The notes below the pieces were generated by a model, which ran no database searches, was not told the origin of the DNA, and was given only the letters and a program-made list of their open reading frames with translations. A stretch of DNA of 64,000 nt, taken from contig NC_134032.1 of NCBI RefSeq assembly GCF_964204645.1, positions 15,860,275-15,924,274 of the forward strand, written 5' to 3'. This document shows, in pieces, positions 24,241 to 38,689 of the stretch. How positions within the stretch are numbered: position 1 is the first letter of the stretch; every line of letters begins with the position of its first letter. Source of the stretch: Tubulanus polymorphus. Its lineage: Eukaryota; Animalia; Nemertea. A program made the translations under genes and the position numbers.

Positions 24241-25795
24241 GTGAGTAACCTAGTTTTCAACACTCAGGAGTTACCCAGTTTTCAACACGCAGGAGTAACC
24301 TAGTTTTCAACACTCAGGAGTAACCTAGTTTTCAACACGCAGGAGTAACCCAGTTGTCAACACGCAAGTGTCAGTCAGTTTTCAACACCCAGGAGTAACC
24401 CAGTTTTCAACACCCAGGAGTAACCCAGTTTTCAACAGGCAGGAGTAACCCAGTTTTCAACACACAAGTGTCAGTCTGTTGTCAACACGCCGGAGTAACC
24501 CAGTTTTCAACACTCAAGTGTCAGTCAGTTTTCAACACCCAGGAGTAACCCAGTTTTCAACACACAAGTGTCAGTTAGACGTCAACACGCAGGAGTAACC
24601 CATTTTTCAACAGGCAGGAGTAACCCAGTTTTCAACACGCAGGAGTAACCCAGTTTTCAACACGCAGGAGTAACCCAGTTGTCAACACGCAAGTGTCAGT
24701 CAGTTTTCAACACCCAGGAGTAACCCAGTTTTCAACACCCAGGAGTAACCCAGTTTTCAACAGGCAGGAGTAACCCAGTTTTCAACACACAAGTGTCCGT
24801 CTGTTGTCAACACGCCGGAGTAACCCAGTTTTCAACACTCAAGTGTCAGTCAGTTTTCAACACCCAGGAGTAACCCAGTTTTCAACACACAAGTGTCAGT
24901 TAGACGTCAACACGCAGGAGTAACCCAGTTTTCAACAGGCAGGAGTAACCCAGTTTTCAACACGCAGGAGTAACCCAGTTTTCAACAGGCAGGAGTAACC
25001 CAGTTTTCAACACACAAGTGTCAGTAAGTTTTCAACACCCAGGAGTAACCCAGTTTTCAACACCCAGGAGTAACCCAGTTTTCAACACGCAGGAGTAACC
25101 CAGTTTTCAACACACAAGTGTCAGTCAGTTTTCAACACCCAGGAGTAACCCAGTTTTCAACACTCAAGTGTCAGTTAGAAGTCAACACCCAGGAGTCACC
25201 CAGTTGTCAACAGGCAGGAGTGACCCAGTTTTCAACAAGCAGGAGTAACCCAGTTTTCAACACCCAGGAGTGACCCAGTTGTCAACACGCAGGAGTGACC
25301 CAGTTTTCAACACCCAGGAGTAACCCAGTTGTCAACACGCAGGAGTAACCCAGTTTTCAACACCCAGGAGTAACCCAGTTGTCAACATACAGGAGTAACC
25401 CAGTTGTCAACACGCAAGTGTCAGTCAGTTTTCAACACCCAGGAGTAACCCAGTTTTCAACACGCAGGAGTGACCCAGTTGTCAACACCCAGGAGTAACC
25501 CAGTTGTCAACACGCAGGAGTGACCCAGTTTTCAACACCCAGGAGTAACCCAGTTGTCAACACGCAGGAGTGACCCAGTTTTCAACACGCAGGAGTAACC
25601 CAGTTTTCAACACGCAGGAGTAACCCAGTTTTCAACACTCAGGAGTAACCCAGTTTTCAAAACACAAGTGTCAGTCAGTTTTCAACACGCAGGAGTAACC
25701 CAGTTTTTAACACGCAGGAGTAACCCAGTTTTCAACACTCAGGAGTAACCCAGTTTTCAACACACAATTGTCAGTCAGTTGTCAACACACAAGTA
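24241..25795. repeat. 25-bp minisatellite, about 62 copies, two unit types
   Basis: aggagtaacc-cagttttcaacacgc interspersed with aagtgtcagt-cagttttcaacaccc. Confidence 0.97.
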
Positions 25796-25995
25796 TAAAC
25801 AACAGAGTAACTGCTCATCAGGGGCAGTATTTGAATATTTAAACAAATCAAACCCACTACTCTGGTATTTTCTAGTTTTCTAGTTTTTGCTATATGATAA
25901 GTATTGATGCGAAGCAGTTTTATTGAAGGAATGTATTCTTAGCTTTGAACATATTTTACAAGTAGTCTTCAACTTTGAGAGAGTGATGTGATAGG

Positions 25996-27064
25996 ATGCT
26001 TTTATATAACTCGACTAAATCCCCTTTAAAAGAAATGTTACTGTTAGTATCTCTAAAAATGTTCTTTCATGATTTAAAAAGTTTCAATAAAATCATTTTC
26101 ATCAGAAATCTAAAAAGTTGCAATAAAATCATCATCTTAAAAAATCTAAAAAGTTGCAATAAAATCATTCTCTTAAAAAATCTAAAAAGTTGCAATAAAA
26201 TCATCTTAAAAAATCTAAAAAGTTGCAATAAAATCATCTTAAAAAATCTAAAAAGTTGCAATAAAATCATCTTAAAAAATCTAAAAAGTTGCAATAAAAT
26301 CATTTTCTTTAAAAGCAAAGTAAAAATCGATAGATGAAATGAAATGAGAGATGAAATGAAATGGGAGATGGATGAGATAGTAGTGAAAAAGGGAAGGAAG
26401 AGGAAAAAAAGAGAAGGAAGAGGAAAAGAGAGAGTAAGTGGGTTAGAGAAAGAGGCAGAGAGAGTTAGTGGGTTAGAGAAAGAGGCAGAGAGAGTTAGTG
26501 GGTTAGAGAAAGAGGCAGAGAGAGAAAGAGGCAGAGAAGGGGAAAGAATAAAAGAGGAGAGAAAAAGGAGAGAATGAATGACGAGGTGAGAAAAAAAAGG
26601 ATGAATTAAAAAAAAATCTAAAAACAATTTATTTGATAAAATGAATAAAAACATATAAAATAGATAAAATCCATTGATAAAAATGGTTAAAATCGAGGCA
26701 GTTTAACGTCATACCACAGGACAATTAGAATATGAAATATGGCTGTGGGGGCCATCTTGAATAATCTGCATACATTAAAAACAATAGGTCGGATCCACTT
26801 TCGACCTATAATTGTCGAGATCCGACGACCGGACACACAAGAAACAACCAGACAATAATCATTAAGTCGACGTTAATGCTTCAAACTTACTGGTAAAAAT
26901 GTGATTAAATCAATGAAATACTAGTGAAAAGTGATATCGGGCATCAAACCAACATTCAATGCATTCATTATGTTGTATTGAAATAAGTATGTTCTGGTTG
27001 AACACAGATCTATGGAAAAATGGAAACCTTCATCGACTGCTGTTCGGTACAAATTCTATACCAG

Positions 27065-27110
<46 letters not shown>

Positions 27111-27143
27111 TACTGCTGTTCAGTATAAATTCTGTATTACCAG

Positions 27144-27198
<55 letters not shown>

Positions 27199-28240
27199 TA
27201 TCAAAAACTAGTCAGGGTTAAGTAAACTGCAAACTAATAGACTTAACACATCGCATCACTCTCAATCAAAACTATTATGCTTTTTATATAACTCTACTTA
27301 ATCTCCTTTAAAAGAAATGTTACTGTTAGTCTCTCTAAAAATGTTCTTTCATGATTTAAAAAGTTTCAATAAAATCATGTTCATCAGAAATCTAAAAAGT
27401 TGCAATAAAATCATCATCTTAAAAAATCTAAAAAGTTGCAATAAAATCATTCTCTTAAAAAATCTAAAAAGTTGCAATAAATGTATATCGGATAAAATCA
27501 AAGTAAAAATTGATAGATGAAATGAAATGGGAGATGGATGAAATGGGAGATGAAATGAAGGAGGAAATGGATGAAATGAAGGAGGAAATGGATGAAATGA
27601 AGGAGGGAATGGATGAAATGAAGGAGATGGATGAGAGTGGTGAAAAAGAAGGAAGAGGAAAAAAAGAGAAGGAAGAGGAAAAGAGAGAGTTAGTGGGTTA
27701 GAGAAAGAGGCAGAGAGAGTTAGTGGGTTAGAGAAAGAGGCAGAGAGAGTTAGTGGGTTAGAGAAAGAGGGAGAGAGTTAGTGGGTTAGAGAAAGAGGGA
27801 GAGAGAGTTAGTTGGTTAGAGAAAGAGGAAAGGAGAGAGTTAGTGGGTTAGAGAAAGAGGGAGAGAGAGAAAGAGGCAGAGAAGGGGAAAGAATAAAAGA
27901 GGAGAAAAAGGAGAGAATGAATGACGAGGTGAGAAAAAAAAGGATGAATTAAAAAAAAAATCTAAAAACAATTTATTTGATAAAACGATAAAATGAATAA
28001 AAACATATAAAATAGATAAAATCCATTGATAAAAATGGTTAAAATCGAGGCAGTTTAACGTCATACCACAGGACAATTAGAATATGAAATATGGCTGTGG
28101 GGGCCATCTTGAATAATCTGCATACATTAAAAACAATAGGTCGGATCCACTTTCGAATAAAACCAAAAAAATCAATGAAATACTAGTGAAAAGTAATATC
28201 GGGCATCAAACCAACATTGCATTCATTATGTCGTATTGAA
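25996..28240. repeat. ~0.9-kb direct duplication with internal 33-36 bp and 30-bp arrays, separated by two (CAT)n tracts
   Basis: 25996-26980 matches 27277-28240; (CAT)n at 27064-27110 and 27144-27198. Confidence 0.9.
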
Positions 28241-28249
28241 TTAATCAGT

Positions 28250-28312
28250 TAAGCGCTCTGAGCAGCTTCACTGGTTTGAACGCTATATCAGAGACATATT
28301 ATTATCATTATT
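28250..28312 (+). mobile_element. Probable LINE (L2-like) 3' tail remnant
   Basis: taagcgctctgagca...aacgctatat...tattattatcattatt pattern typical of L2-type tails. Confidence 0.35.
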
Positions 28313-29764
28313 TAGCATGTTCTGATGGAAATATGAACACAGCTTTATATTAAAATTGGACTAAAACAGTTTAAATCAACGTTACATATGTAGTTTAAAA
28401 ATTTTAAAGGTTTTAAGATAACATCAAAAAATATACATGTAAAAAAAATATTTACAATTAGAAATTAAAATACTTAAAAATCTTAAGAAACATAATATAT
28501 ACAAATAAAAGTCTACTATTCACAAATCTAAAATATGTACAAGTAGTGTTAGTACCGAAAAATGTGTCAATCAATTTGATGAAATATCAAATTTATGTCA
28601 ATCATAATTTTAACCCAAGTGATTTCGGAATGGAATAACTGGGCCAGGCCAATCACTCACTCGATGATCATCAATTACTGGTACTACACAACCACAGAAA
28701 GAGTGGTTTTTACCGCGCGGTATATTAGGTCAGGTTCACGATAACGCCGCCTATTATGTTTGGCTTTTTTATGTGATGCGTTTATTATTGATATTTATTG
28801 AATGAAAAAGCTGCAGTTCGAAGACAAGACAAGATACGAGAAAAAAGTGATAGAACCACAGCCACGAATATACATTGTGCGACTATAAGTGAAATATAAG
28901 ATTATGGGGGAAATATGAAACTGAAACGAGGTCAGAAATAGAGTTTCATTCAGTAAATATCGATAATATATAGCTGTAGATATGAAATGTGTTTGAGAAC
29001 CTTGAAAGCGGTGAAACTAGGGATGCATGGACGCCATACCAACTCGTTGAAATGCTCGACAATCCGATATTACCCCCAGTAAACATATACAGAAGCCAAT
29101 GACCTTTAAACTCACCACAAACATAAAACATGTCGTTAGAAACAATTTGTAATCGCCGGAGACCAATAAACTGGCTAAACCCAATTCCTCGTAAGAAGAT
29201 ATGTCCAATAACAGTGCTACTAATTACCAAATATCAAGACTCTGTTAAAACCTGTTAAAAACAGGCGCCCCAGGGGCATACATATACCTATGAAACATCG
29301 AGATAATCGGCAGAAGCCTCTTTCAAAATGTCTCTTGTAAACTTAAAAAGATGTGAACGAAATGCTGAACAAAGATAGCAACCAGTCAGCCACGTCGATT
29401 CTGATCACGACGGTTTATGGACTGAAGATGTGTCTAGGGTAGTTACATACATAAACCAAATATCAATATATCGAGGTATTTTTAACACTTCCCAAAATAA
29501 CTGGATTCCATCTACGGACGGACAACGGACGAAAAGTGAATGCATTAACTCCCAATAAACTAACAAGTGCAAGAAGACTAATAAAAATACAAAGAAAAGC
29601 TTAGAAAACTTAAATAGAACTTGGGAAAAAACGCAGAAATACTAAGCCTAAAATCTAGAGAAAAAGTATTTCCTGACAATAAACCTGAATAAGTTTTAGA
29701 AAAAATTTATTGAAAAATCTATCCTTTTATTAAGTTAAAATCTAATTGATAAAATGCCTGGAAT

Positions 29765-31137
29765 GGATGATCCTGAGAGTAATTCTATCAATGACAAATT
29801 TACCCTCAGTTCATCAAAAATTTGAAAAAAATAATTTTCATTAAAATCTCTTTCAATATTTCAATTGTTGAAATTAAAAAAAAAACAATCCTTATGAATT
29901 ATTCTAAAACTGTATTTTATTGATGATCCTGATAGCAATTTCATCAACGATGAATTTACCCTCAGTTCATCAAAAATCTAAGAAAATAATCTACCCTTAA
30001 AATCTGTTTCAATAAAACCAATTGTTAAAAAAAACAAACCTAATGAATTATACTAAAAATGTATTTTATTGATGATCCCGATAGCAATTTCATCAATGAT
30101 GAATTTACCTTCAGTTCATCAATAACTCAAAAAAAATAATCTACCTTAAAATCTGTTTCAATAAAACAATTGTTGAAAATCTAAAATAAAACAAACCTGA
30201 TGAATTGTTTTAAGAATGTACTATTTCACTGATTATTTCAAAGTGATTCTATCAATGACAAGTTCATGAAAAAAAAAAAAATATTTCTAACAAAATCTGT
30301 TTCAATAAAACCAATTGTTGAAAATTTAAAAAAAAACCTAATTAATTATTCTAAAACTGTATTTTACTGATGATCCCGATAGCAATTTCATCAATGATGA
30401 ATTTACCCTCCGTTCATCAAAAATCTAAGAAAATAATCTACCCTTAAAATCTGTTTCAATAAAACCAATTGTTGAAAATATTAAAAAACAAACCTAATTA
30501 ATTATACTAAAAATGTATTTTATTGATGATCCCGATAGCAATTTCATCAATGATGAATTTACCCTCCGTTCATCAAAAATCTAAGAAAATAATCTACCCT
30601 TAAAATCTGTTTCAATAAAACCAATTGTTGAAAATATTAAAAAAACAAACCTAATTAATTATACTAAAAATGTATTTTATTGATGATCCCGATAGCAATT
30701 TCATCAATGATGAATTTACCCTCAGTTCATCAAAAATTTGAAAAAAAAAATTTCATTAAAATCTGATTCAATTAAATGAAAATCTAAAAACCTGATGATT
30801 GTTTTAAGAATGTTTTTAACTGATGACACCGAGGGTAATTTCATCAATGACAAATTTACCCCCAGTTCATCAAACAATAAGAAATAGTAATTTCTATTAA
30901 TTTCTACTTAATTCAATAAAACAAATGGTTGAAAATTAAGAAGAAAATATCTGATAAATTGATATCAAAATGTATTTTACTGATGATCCCGAGAGTAATT
31001 CTATCAATGATAAATTTACCTCCGGTTCATCAAACAATAGAAAACCTAATAGTATTCTATCATGATTAAAAAAATCTGATCAATTTTCATCATTAAATGT
31101 ATTTCACTGATGACCCATGAGTAATTCTATCAATGAG
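29765..31137. repeat. ~155-bp repeat array with conserved ~52-nt palindromic core, about 10 copies
   Basis: Core tgatgatcccgatagcaatttcatcaatgatgaatttaccctcagttcatca at ~29766, 29921, 30070, 30230 (degenerate), 30368, 30524, 30681, 30821, 30981, 31108 (partial). Confidence 0.9.
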
Positions 31138-31164
31138 TTATTTTGTTTATCCTGAATCCTAGAA

Positions 31165-31925
31165 ACAACAACTAGACCTAAACAAACTTAAATAATTAGA
31201 TTTAAATAGACTAAAATAACTAGACATAAAAAACTCAAATATTTAGATAAACCTAAATAACTAGACCTAAACAAACTTGAATAATTAGATTTAAATAGAC
31301 TAAAATAACTAGACATAAAAAACTCAAATATTTAGATAAACCTAAATAACTAGACCTAAACAAACTTAAATAATTAGATTTAAATAGACTTAAATAACTA
31401 GACATAAAAAACTCAAATATTTAGATAAACCTAAATAACTAGACCTAAACAAACTTAAATATTTAGATTTAAATAGACTTAAATAACTAGACATAAAAAA
31501 CTCAAATATTTAGATAAACTTAAATAACTAGACCTAAACAAACTTAAATAATTAGATTTAAATAAACTAAACAAACTTAAATGATTAGATTTAAATAGAC
31601 TAAAATAACTAGACCTAAAAAACTCAAATATTTAGATAAACCTAAATAACTAGACCTAAACAAACTTAAATGATTAGATTTAAATAGACTAAAATAACTA
31701 GACCTAAAAAACTCAAATATTTAGATAAACCTAAATAACTAGACCTAAACAAACTCAAATAATTACATTTAAATAGACTAAAATAACTAGACCTGAAAAA
31801 CTCAAATATTTAGATAAACCTAAAATAACTAGACCTAAACAAACTTAAATAATCAGATTTAAATAAACTAAACAAACTTGAATATTTAGATATATATATG
31901 ACTAAAATAACTAGACCTGAAAAAG
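31165..31925. repeat. AT-rich ~89-bp satellite
   Basis: aaataactagacctaaacaaacttaaataattagatttaaatagactaaaataactagacataaaaaactcaaatatttagataaacct tandem. Confidence 0.92.
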
Positions 31926-31967
31926 TAAATAAACAAGAAAACTTAAGCAACTAGAACTAACACAACA

Positions 31968-32140
31968 GATATGAGTAGTACTTTATAGGTGTGACTAGTT
32001 TATTAGACTAGTGAATAGTAGTTTCATCGGGTGAATGAATGATTCACATTATGAAGCTACTCTTCAATAGAAGTGGTCAAATCAAATGATTACTCCAAGG
32101 TCAAATAGACTAGTTACACCTATAAAGTATTATTCATCTT
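31968..32140. mobile_element. MITE-like element with ~40-bp TIR
   Basis: atgagtagtactttataggtgtgactagtttatt ... aatagactagttacacctataaagtattattcat. Confidence 0.6.
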
Positions 32141-33654
32141 GTATTTATTCTATGTTAACACGGTTAAAGTGAATACATTCAACTCATTAAAAAAACCAAG
32201 TTAAACCAAGAAAAGAAGATAGAGAGAAAGTATTAGAAAAGGTTCTCAATCACATTTTATATTTACAAAGCCAACTATATCAACTAAAGTTACTACTAAG
32301 CCCATTATGCGTGTATTATATGAATATGGCCTTTTTGTGTAACCACTATTTATATCTGTGTTGTGGACCACGTAATTGTGTCAAAGAGTATTCGGTGATA
32401 AAACCTGGACCTTCAGTTACCATCTTTTTCAAAATCACTGCGGTTTTGAATATTTGATAGTCAAATATAAGATTGATATTTCATCAAATTGATCTGTAGT
32501 CTGTAGGTTAGTATCAAACACAAATAAAATGTAGTTCTAAAAATATGTACAAATAAAATTATTTAAGATATTTGCAAATAAAAAAGTTTAAAATATGTTT
32601 AAAAAAATCATTTGAAATATGTACAAATAAAACAGTTTGAAATATATACACATAGAAAAGTTTATCATGTACTAATTAAAAGATTTAAGATAAATATAGA
32701 TAAAATGGTTCTTCGTGTTTTAAGATTTCAGATTTTTTAGCTATTCAGTTGTTTTAAAATATTGATAAAATAGTTTGAAATATATACAAATAAAATAGTT
32801 TAGCATGTATTAATAAAATCGATTTAAAATACTTATATCAAAATAGTTTTAAAATATAGATAAAATGGTTGAAGTTATCTTAAGATTTAACATTTTTTAG
32901 CTATTCAGTTGTTTTAAAGTATCGATGAAATAGTTTTTAGATATGCAATAATTGTTTTAAGATTTAGATAAAATAGTTTTTAAAATAGAGATGAGACAAT
33001 AGTATAACGTTGTTGAATGCAATAGGTTTGACCCGGGTATGATTTCCTTACAAATATGGATCGCTTGAAAATAATATTGAACATTAATCTTAAACACCTA
33101 TAATCAATCTTGACCTAGATTTACTTTGACCTAGTTTCGGTTCTCAGCTGTGAGAATTATTCCAAAAATATTTGAATTTGAATATTTGATTTGATTCAAT
33201 TGAACATAAATTATCAACTAGGAAAATGACAGTAAATTGTTACGACTCATAAACTGCTGAACACAACCATCTTATCATTAATTCTGAAACTACAAGACAC
33301 AGGAATGAAATTGCAATCCTGATAATCTTCAAAAGGAAATTGGAAAAGTTCAAAGTTTTGGAAAATTAGTTCGAAGACTCAAAATTTGGAGTAAATTGGA
33401 ATTTTTAGCAATAAATGAAAGTTTCGAAAAATATGGAATGAATTCGCATCAATCAGTAGAAAAACTGTAACGGTAATAATTATAAAACTAACTGTTCAAT
33501 ATTTGGAATATAACTAAAATGTTTGCTGGCTATTGGTGATGATGATGATGCTGGTTTTTTAAAATATTTCTAACCTATTTATAAAAATTATTATGATGAT
33601 GACTGAACATTACTCTCATACATCCTCTAAACTCTTCAACTTTTGATTATACTC

Positions 33655-35412
33655 CATACAAGGTATCAACTCCCCAACTCCTATCCTCAGTACAGGGAAT
33701 CAACTCCTCAACCCCTATCCTCGGTACAAGGAATCAACTCCCCAACTCCTATCCTCGGTACAGGGAATCAACTCCCCAACTCCTATCCTCGGTACAGGGA
33801 ATCAACTCCTCAACTCCTATCCTCGGTACAGGGAATCAACTCCCCAACTCCTATCCTCTATACAAGGAATCAACTCCCCAACTCCTATCCTCGGTACAGG
33901 GAATCAACTCCCCAACTCCTATCCTCGGTACAGGGAATCAACTCCTCAACTCCTATCCTCAGTACAGGGAATCAACTCCTCAACCCCTATCCTCAGTACA
34001 GGGAATCAACTCCTCAACCCCTATCCTCGGTACGGGGAATCAACTCCCCAACTCCTATCCTCTATACAAGGAATCAACTCCTCAACTCCTATCCTCGGTA
34101 CAGGGAATCAACTCCTCAACCCCTATCCTCGGTACAGGGAATCAACTCCCCAACTCCTATCCTCTATACAAGGAATCAACTCCCCAACTCCTATCCTCGG
34201 TACAGGGAATCAACTCCCCAACTCCTATCCTCTATACAAGGAATCAACTCCCCAACTCCTATCCTCGGTACAGGGAATCAACTCCCCAACTCCTATCCTC
34301 TATGCAGGGAATCAATTCCTCAACCCCTATCCTCGGTACAGGGAATCAACTCCCCAACTCCTATCCTCTATGCTGGGAATCAACTCCCCAACCCCTATCC
34401 TCGGTACAGGGAATCAACTCCCCAACTCCTATCCTCTATGCTAAGAATCAACTCCCCAACTCCTATCCTCTATGCTGGGAATCAACTCCCCAACTCCTAT
34501 CCTCAGTACAGGGAATCAACTCCACAACTCCTATCCTCGGTACAGGGAATCAACTCCCCAACTCCTATCCTCGGTACAGGGAATCAACTCCCCAACTCCT
34601 ATCCTCGGTACAGGGAATCAACTCCCCAACTCCTATCCTCGGTACAGGGAATCAACTCCCCAACTCCTATCCTCGGTACAGGGAATCAACTCCTCAACTC
34701 CTATCCTCGGTACAGGGAATCAACTCCCTAACTCCTATCCTCTATGCTGGGAATCAACTCCCTAACTCCTATCCTCGCTACAGGGAATCAACTCCTCATC
34801 CCCTATCCTCTATGCTGGGAATCAACTCCCCAACTCCTATCCTCGGTACAGGGAATCAACTCCTCATCCCCTATCCTCTATGCTGGGAATCAACTCCCCA
34901 ACCCCTATCCTCGGTACAGGGAATCAACTCCCCAACTCCTATCCTCTATGCTAAGAATCAACTCTCCAACTCCTATCCTCTATGCTGGGAATCAACTCCC
35001 CAACTCCTATCGTCAGTACAGGGAATCAACTCCACAACTCCTATCCTCGGTACAGGGAATCAACTCCCCAACTCCTATCCTCTATGCTGGGAATCAACTC
35101 CTCAACCCCTATCCTCGGTACAGGGAATCAACTCCCCAACTCCTATCCTCTATGCTAAGAATCAACTCCCCAACTCCTATCCTCTATGCTGGGAATCAAC
35201 TCCCCAACTCCTATCCTCAGTACAGGGAATCAACTCCACAACTCCTATCCTCGGTACAGGGAATCAACTCCCCAACTCCTATCCTCGGTACAGGGAATCA
35301 ACTCCCCAACTCCTATCCTCGGTACAAGGAATCAACTCCCCAACTCCTATCCTCTATGCTGGGAATCAACTCCCCAACTCCTATCCTCTATGCAGGGAAT
35401 CAGCTCCCTAAC
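33655..35412. repeat. 34-bp minisatellite, about 51 copies
   Basis: agggaatcaactccccaactcctatcctcggtac; explains ORFs 33643-35458. Confidence 0.97.
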
Positions 35413-36547
35413 TTACAGTACAGCCTTTAGGCTTGGAGGAGTCCTATCTATTATGTAGGACCAGTTAACAAATTAACAATCACATTAATTTTTATTGCCT
35501 ACATCGATGAATAAATGATTATTCATGAACTTTGCCTTTCAATCTAAAGCTTTTGTCATAACTCGTAAATGATATGTAATTTCAAATGATTGAAGTGTGT
35601 TGGTACTATAACCCTGCTGTGGGTTATAGTGTATGTAATACGTCCCCAGCTCGGTTGTCTATTCAACTATGACACAGATAACCATTGAATATTCAATTCC
35701 AAATCTTCCTTTCAATTTATTGTCAATTATATTTCAATTCTCAACGATTAGGTCAAATTCTGACCATTATAAGCCAGTACAACGTCACTGACTTGACAAC
35801 AACAAACTCTCCTATCAGAGATCATTATCTTCCATTGTGCAAGATCCTTATTTACTGAATGTTTACAGAATTTTATATATGATTCCATTTATCCTACGCT
35901 CAATTTATGAACACTGCTTAAATTCGTGTATTGATCAAGTGAAACATTCCATTTCACACGTTAGAAGTATAATTAAATTGATTACCGTGGTCTTTGCTGT
36001 GGATTCCATTCTCGAGCAACATTTTATCCAAATCTCACGTGGATATTTGCATGAATACTAATTACGTATAAACATTTGAAATCCCTCGCGTCACATTTTG
36101 AAGGATTTCCGTTCCTTGCTGAACATTAGACATTTTAACATTTCAAATTTTCTGGTGAAATCAAATTAATCTTTGATTAATTCTGTAATTAGAAAAACAA
36201 ATATGTTAATAACGATATAATGGTTTTAAATTTGACGTATGAACGTCGTAGTGGGGGGAGGGACAACGTGGAATACATTGAAAAATCTATTTCAATGTTG
36301 TTTAATAAGGAATCGCATTATGCGTAAATCATAGCTGTTCCTTATGATTTGAAAAATCCATTATTTGAAGAGACACCGAACGGAAAGACTTTTTCCGAAG
36401 TACATAGAAGGAATGTACCAGAGATGGCTTTCCTTCGTGTTGAAAATAATTTTGAAAATGTCATAATGATGACGGCAATTGGATAATGCTACAACCGCAG
36501 AGAAATGACAAGCATGATTACTGCCAGCCAAGTGGAAATGATGGATA

Positions 36548-37939
36548 GAGGACACTGCTGCATACAAGGCTTCAAATACAAGGTTGACACTGCTGCATAC
36601 AAGGTTTCAAATACAAGGTTGACACTGCTGCATATAAGGTTTCAAATGCAAGGTTGACACTGCTGCATACAAGGTTTCAAATGCAAGGTTGACACTGCTG
36701 CATATAAGGATTCAAATACAAGGTTGACACTGCTGCATACAAGGTTTCAAATACAAGGTTGACATTGCTGTATATAAAGTTTCTAAAGTAATGGTGTGGG
36801 CGGGTTTGGTAGGAACACAGCGGGACGTACAGTCAGAAAATAACTGAAAATAATTCAAACAGATGAATATATATGAATATTTATATAGATGGATGACATG
36901 ATGGAACAAAATTGAATTCGTCCAAGAAAATTAATCAAGTCGATGAAATGATGATGAATTTTTTTTTTTTTTTTTTTTTTAATTTTTTTGCGAGATACCG
37001 TAAAACTCCCGTTAAAAACTCTGGACTTTCAGAGTAGATCTGGTTTTTGTTTTTTTAATTTTTTTGAAAATAAAAAAGTATTTATGCTGCAGGACTGCAC
37101 GCCCACTGGTTCCTATTGAAAGGTTGACACTGCTGCATATAAGGTTTCAAAAGTAATGGTGTGGGCGGGTTTGGTAGGAACACAGCGGGACGTACAGTCA
37201 AAAAAAAACTGAAAATAATTCAAACAGATGAATATATATGAATATTTATATAGATGGATGACATGATGGAACAAAATTGAATTCGTCCAAGAAAATTAAT
37301 CAAGTTGATGAAATGATGAATTTTTTTGTTTTTGTTTTTTTTAAATTTTTTTGCGAGATACCGTAAAACTCCCGTTAAAAACTCTGGACTTTCAGAGTAG
37401 ATCTGGTTTTTGTTTTTTTTTAATTTTTTTGCGAGATACCGTAAAACTCCCGTTAAAAACTCTGGACTTTCAGAGTAGATCTGGTTTTTGTTTTTTTTAA
37501 TTTTTTTTAAATAAAAAAGTATTTATAACGCAGGACTGCACGTCCACTGGTTCCTATTGCAAGGTTGACATTGCTGCATACAAGGTTTCAAATACAAGGT
37601 TGACATTGCTGCATACAAGGTTGACACTGCTGCATACAAGGTTTCAAATACAAGGTTTCAAATACAAGGTTGACACTGCTGTATATAAGGATTCAAATGC
37701 AAGGTTGACATTGCTGCATACAAGGTTTCAAATGCAAGTTTGAAGTTGTTGCATATAAAGTTTCTAAAGTAATGGTGTGGGCAGGTTTGGTAGGAACACA
37801 GCGGGACGTACAGTCAAAAAATAACTGAAAATAATTCAAATAGATGAATATATATGAATATTTATATAGATGGATGACATGATGGAACAAAATTGAATTC
37901 GTCCAAGAAAATTAATCAAGTCGATGAAATGATGATGAA

Positions 37940-37972
<33 letters not shown>

Positions 37973-38105
37973 TGCGAGATACCGTAAAACTCCCGTTAAA
38001 AACTCTGGACTTTCAGAGTAGATCTGGTTTTTGTTTTTTTTAATTTTTTTTTAAATAAAAAAGTATTTATAATGCAGGACTGCACGCCCACTGGTTCCTA
38101 TTGCA
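36548..38105. repeat. Three tandem copies of a ~0.35-0.55 kb block with 35-bp subrepeats and poly-T tracts
   Basis: gtaatggtgtgggcgggtttggtaggaacacagcggg at ~36788, 37153, 37769; aaggttgacactgctgcatacaaggtttcaaatac arrays. Confidence 0.9.
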
Positions 38106-38224
38106 AGGGGATGTGGACAGAAATTTTTTGTGGACCCGCGCGAACTGCAGACCGACGAAAGAGCATAGAAAAAGTTGATTATCATAAAAATCAACTGTTG
38201 TTTGAATGAATTGAAGGAGAATGT

Positions 38225-38561
38225 TTTAACTATTTGAAATAGTAAGTGTAAATGATACCATATCCTAAATATCAAACGTTAATTGAAGGCGAATCTTAAC
38301 TATTCGAAATAGTAAGTGTAAATGATACCATATTCTAAATATCAAACTTTAATTGAAGGCGAATCTTAACTATTTGAAATAGCAAGTGTAAATGATACCA
38401 TATTCTAAATATCAAACGTTAATTGAAGGCGAATCTTAACTATTTGAAATAGTAAGTGTAAATGATACCATATTCTAAATATCAAACGTTAATTGAAGGC
38501 GAATCTTAACTATTTGAAATAGTAAGTGTAAATGATACCATATTCTAAATATCAAACGTTT
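38225..38561. repeat. 70-bp tandem repeat, about 5 copies
   Basis: aaacgttaattgaaggcgaatcttaactatttgaaatagtaagtgtaaatgataccatattctaaatatc. Confidence 0.93.
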
Positions 38562-38689
38562 AAAGAGAATGTTACAAATTGGAAAATTGTAAATAAAAAA
38601 AAAAGGAGAAGGAGTGTCGGTCTGCAGACGTGCTGTGTGGGCTGATCTTGATGCCCACGGAGTGACGGCGAGTGAAGGGGTGAGGAGAA

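Noticed and set aside
29765-31137. CRISPR-like array or C/D snoRNA cluster
   Set aside because: Spacers are homologous to each other, the DNA is eukaryotic with no cas genes, and TGATGA is not consistently paired with a terminal CTGA box.
33643-35458. 362- and 369-aa ORFs
   Set aside because: The 34-bp unit is not a multiple of 3, so the same peptides cycle through all frames.
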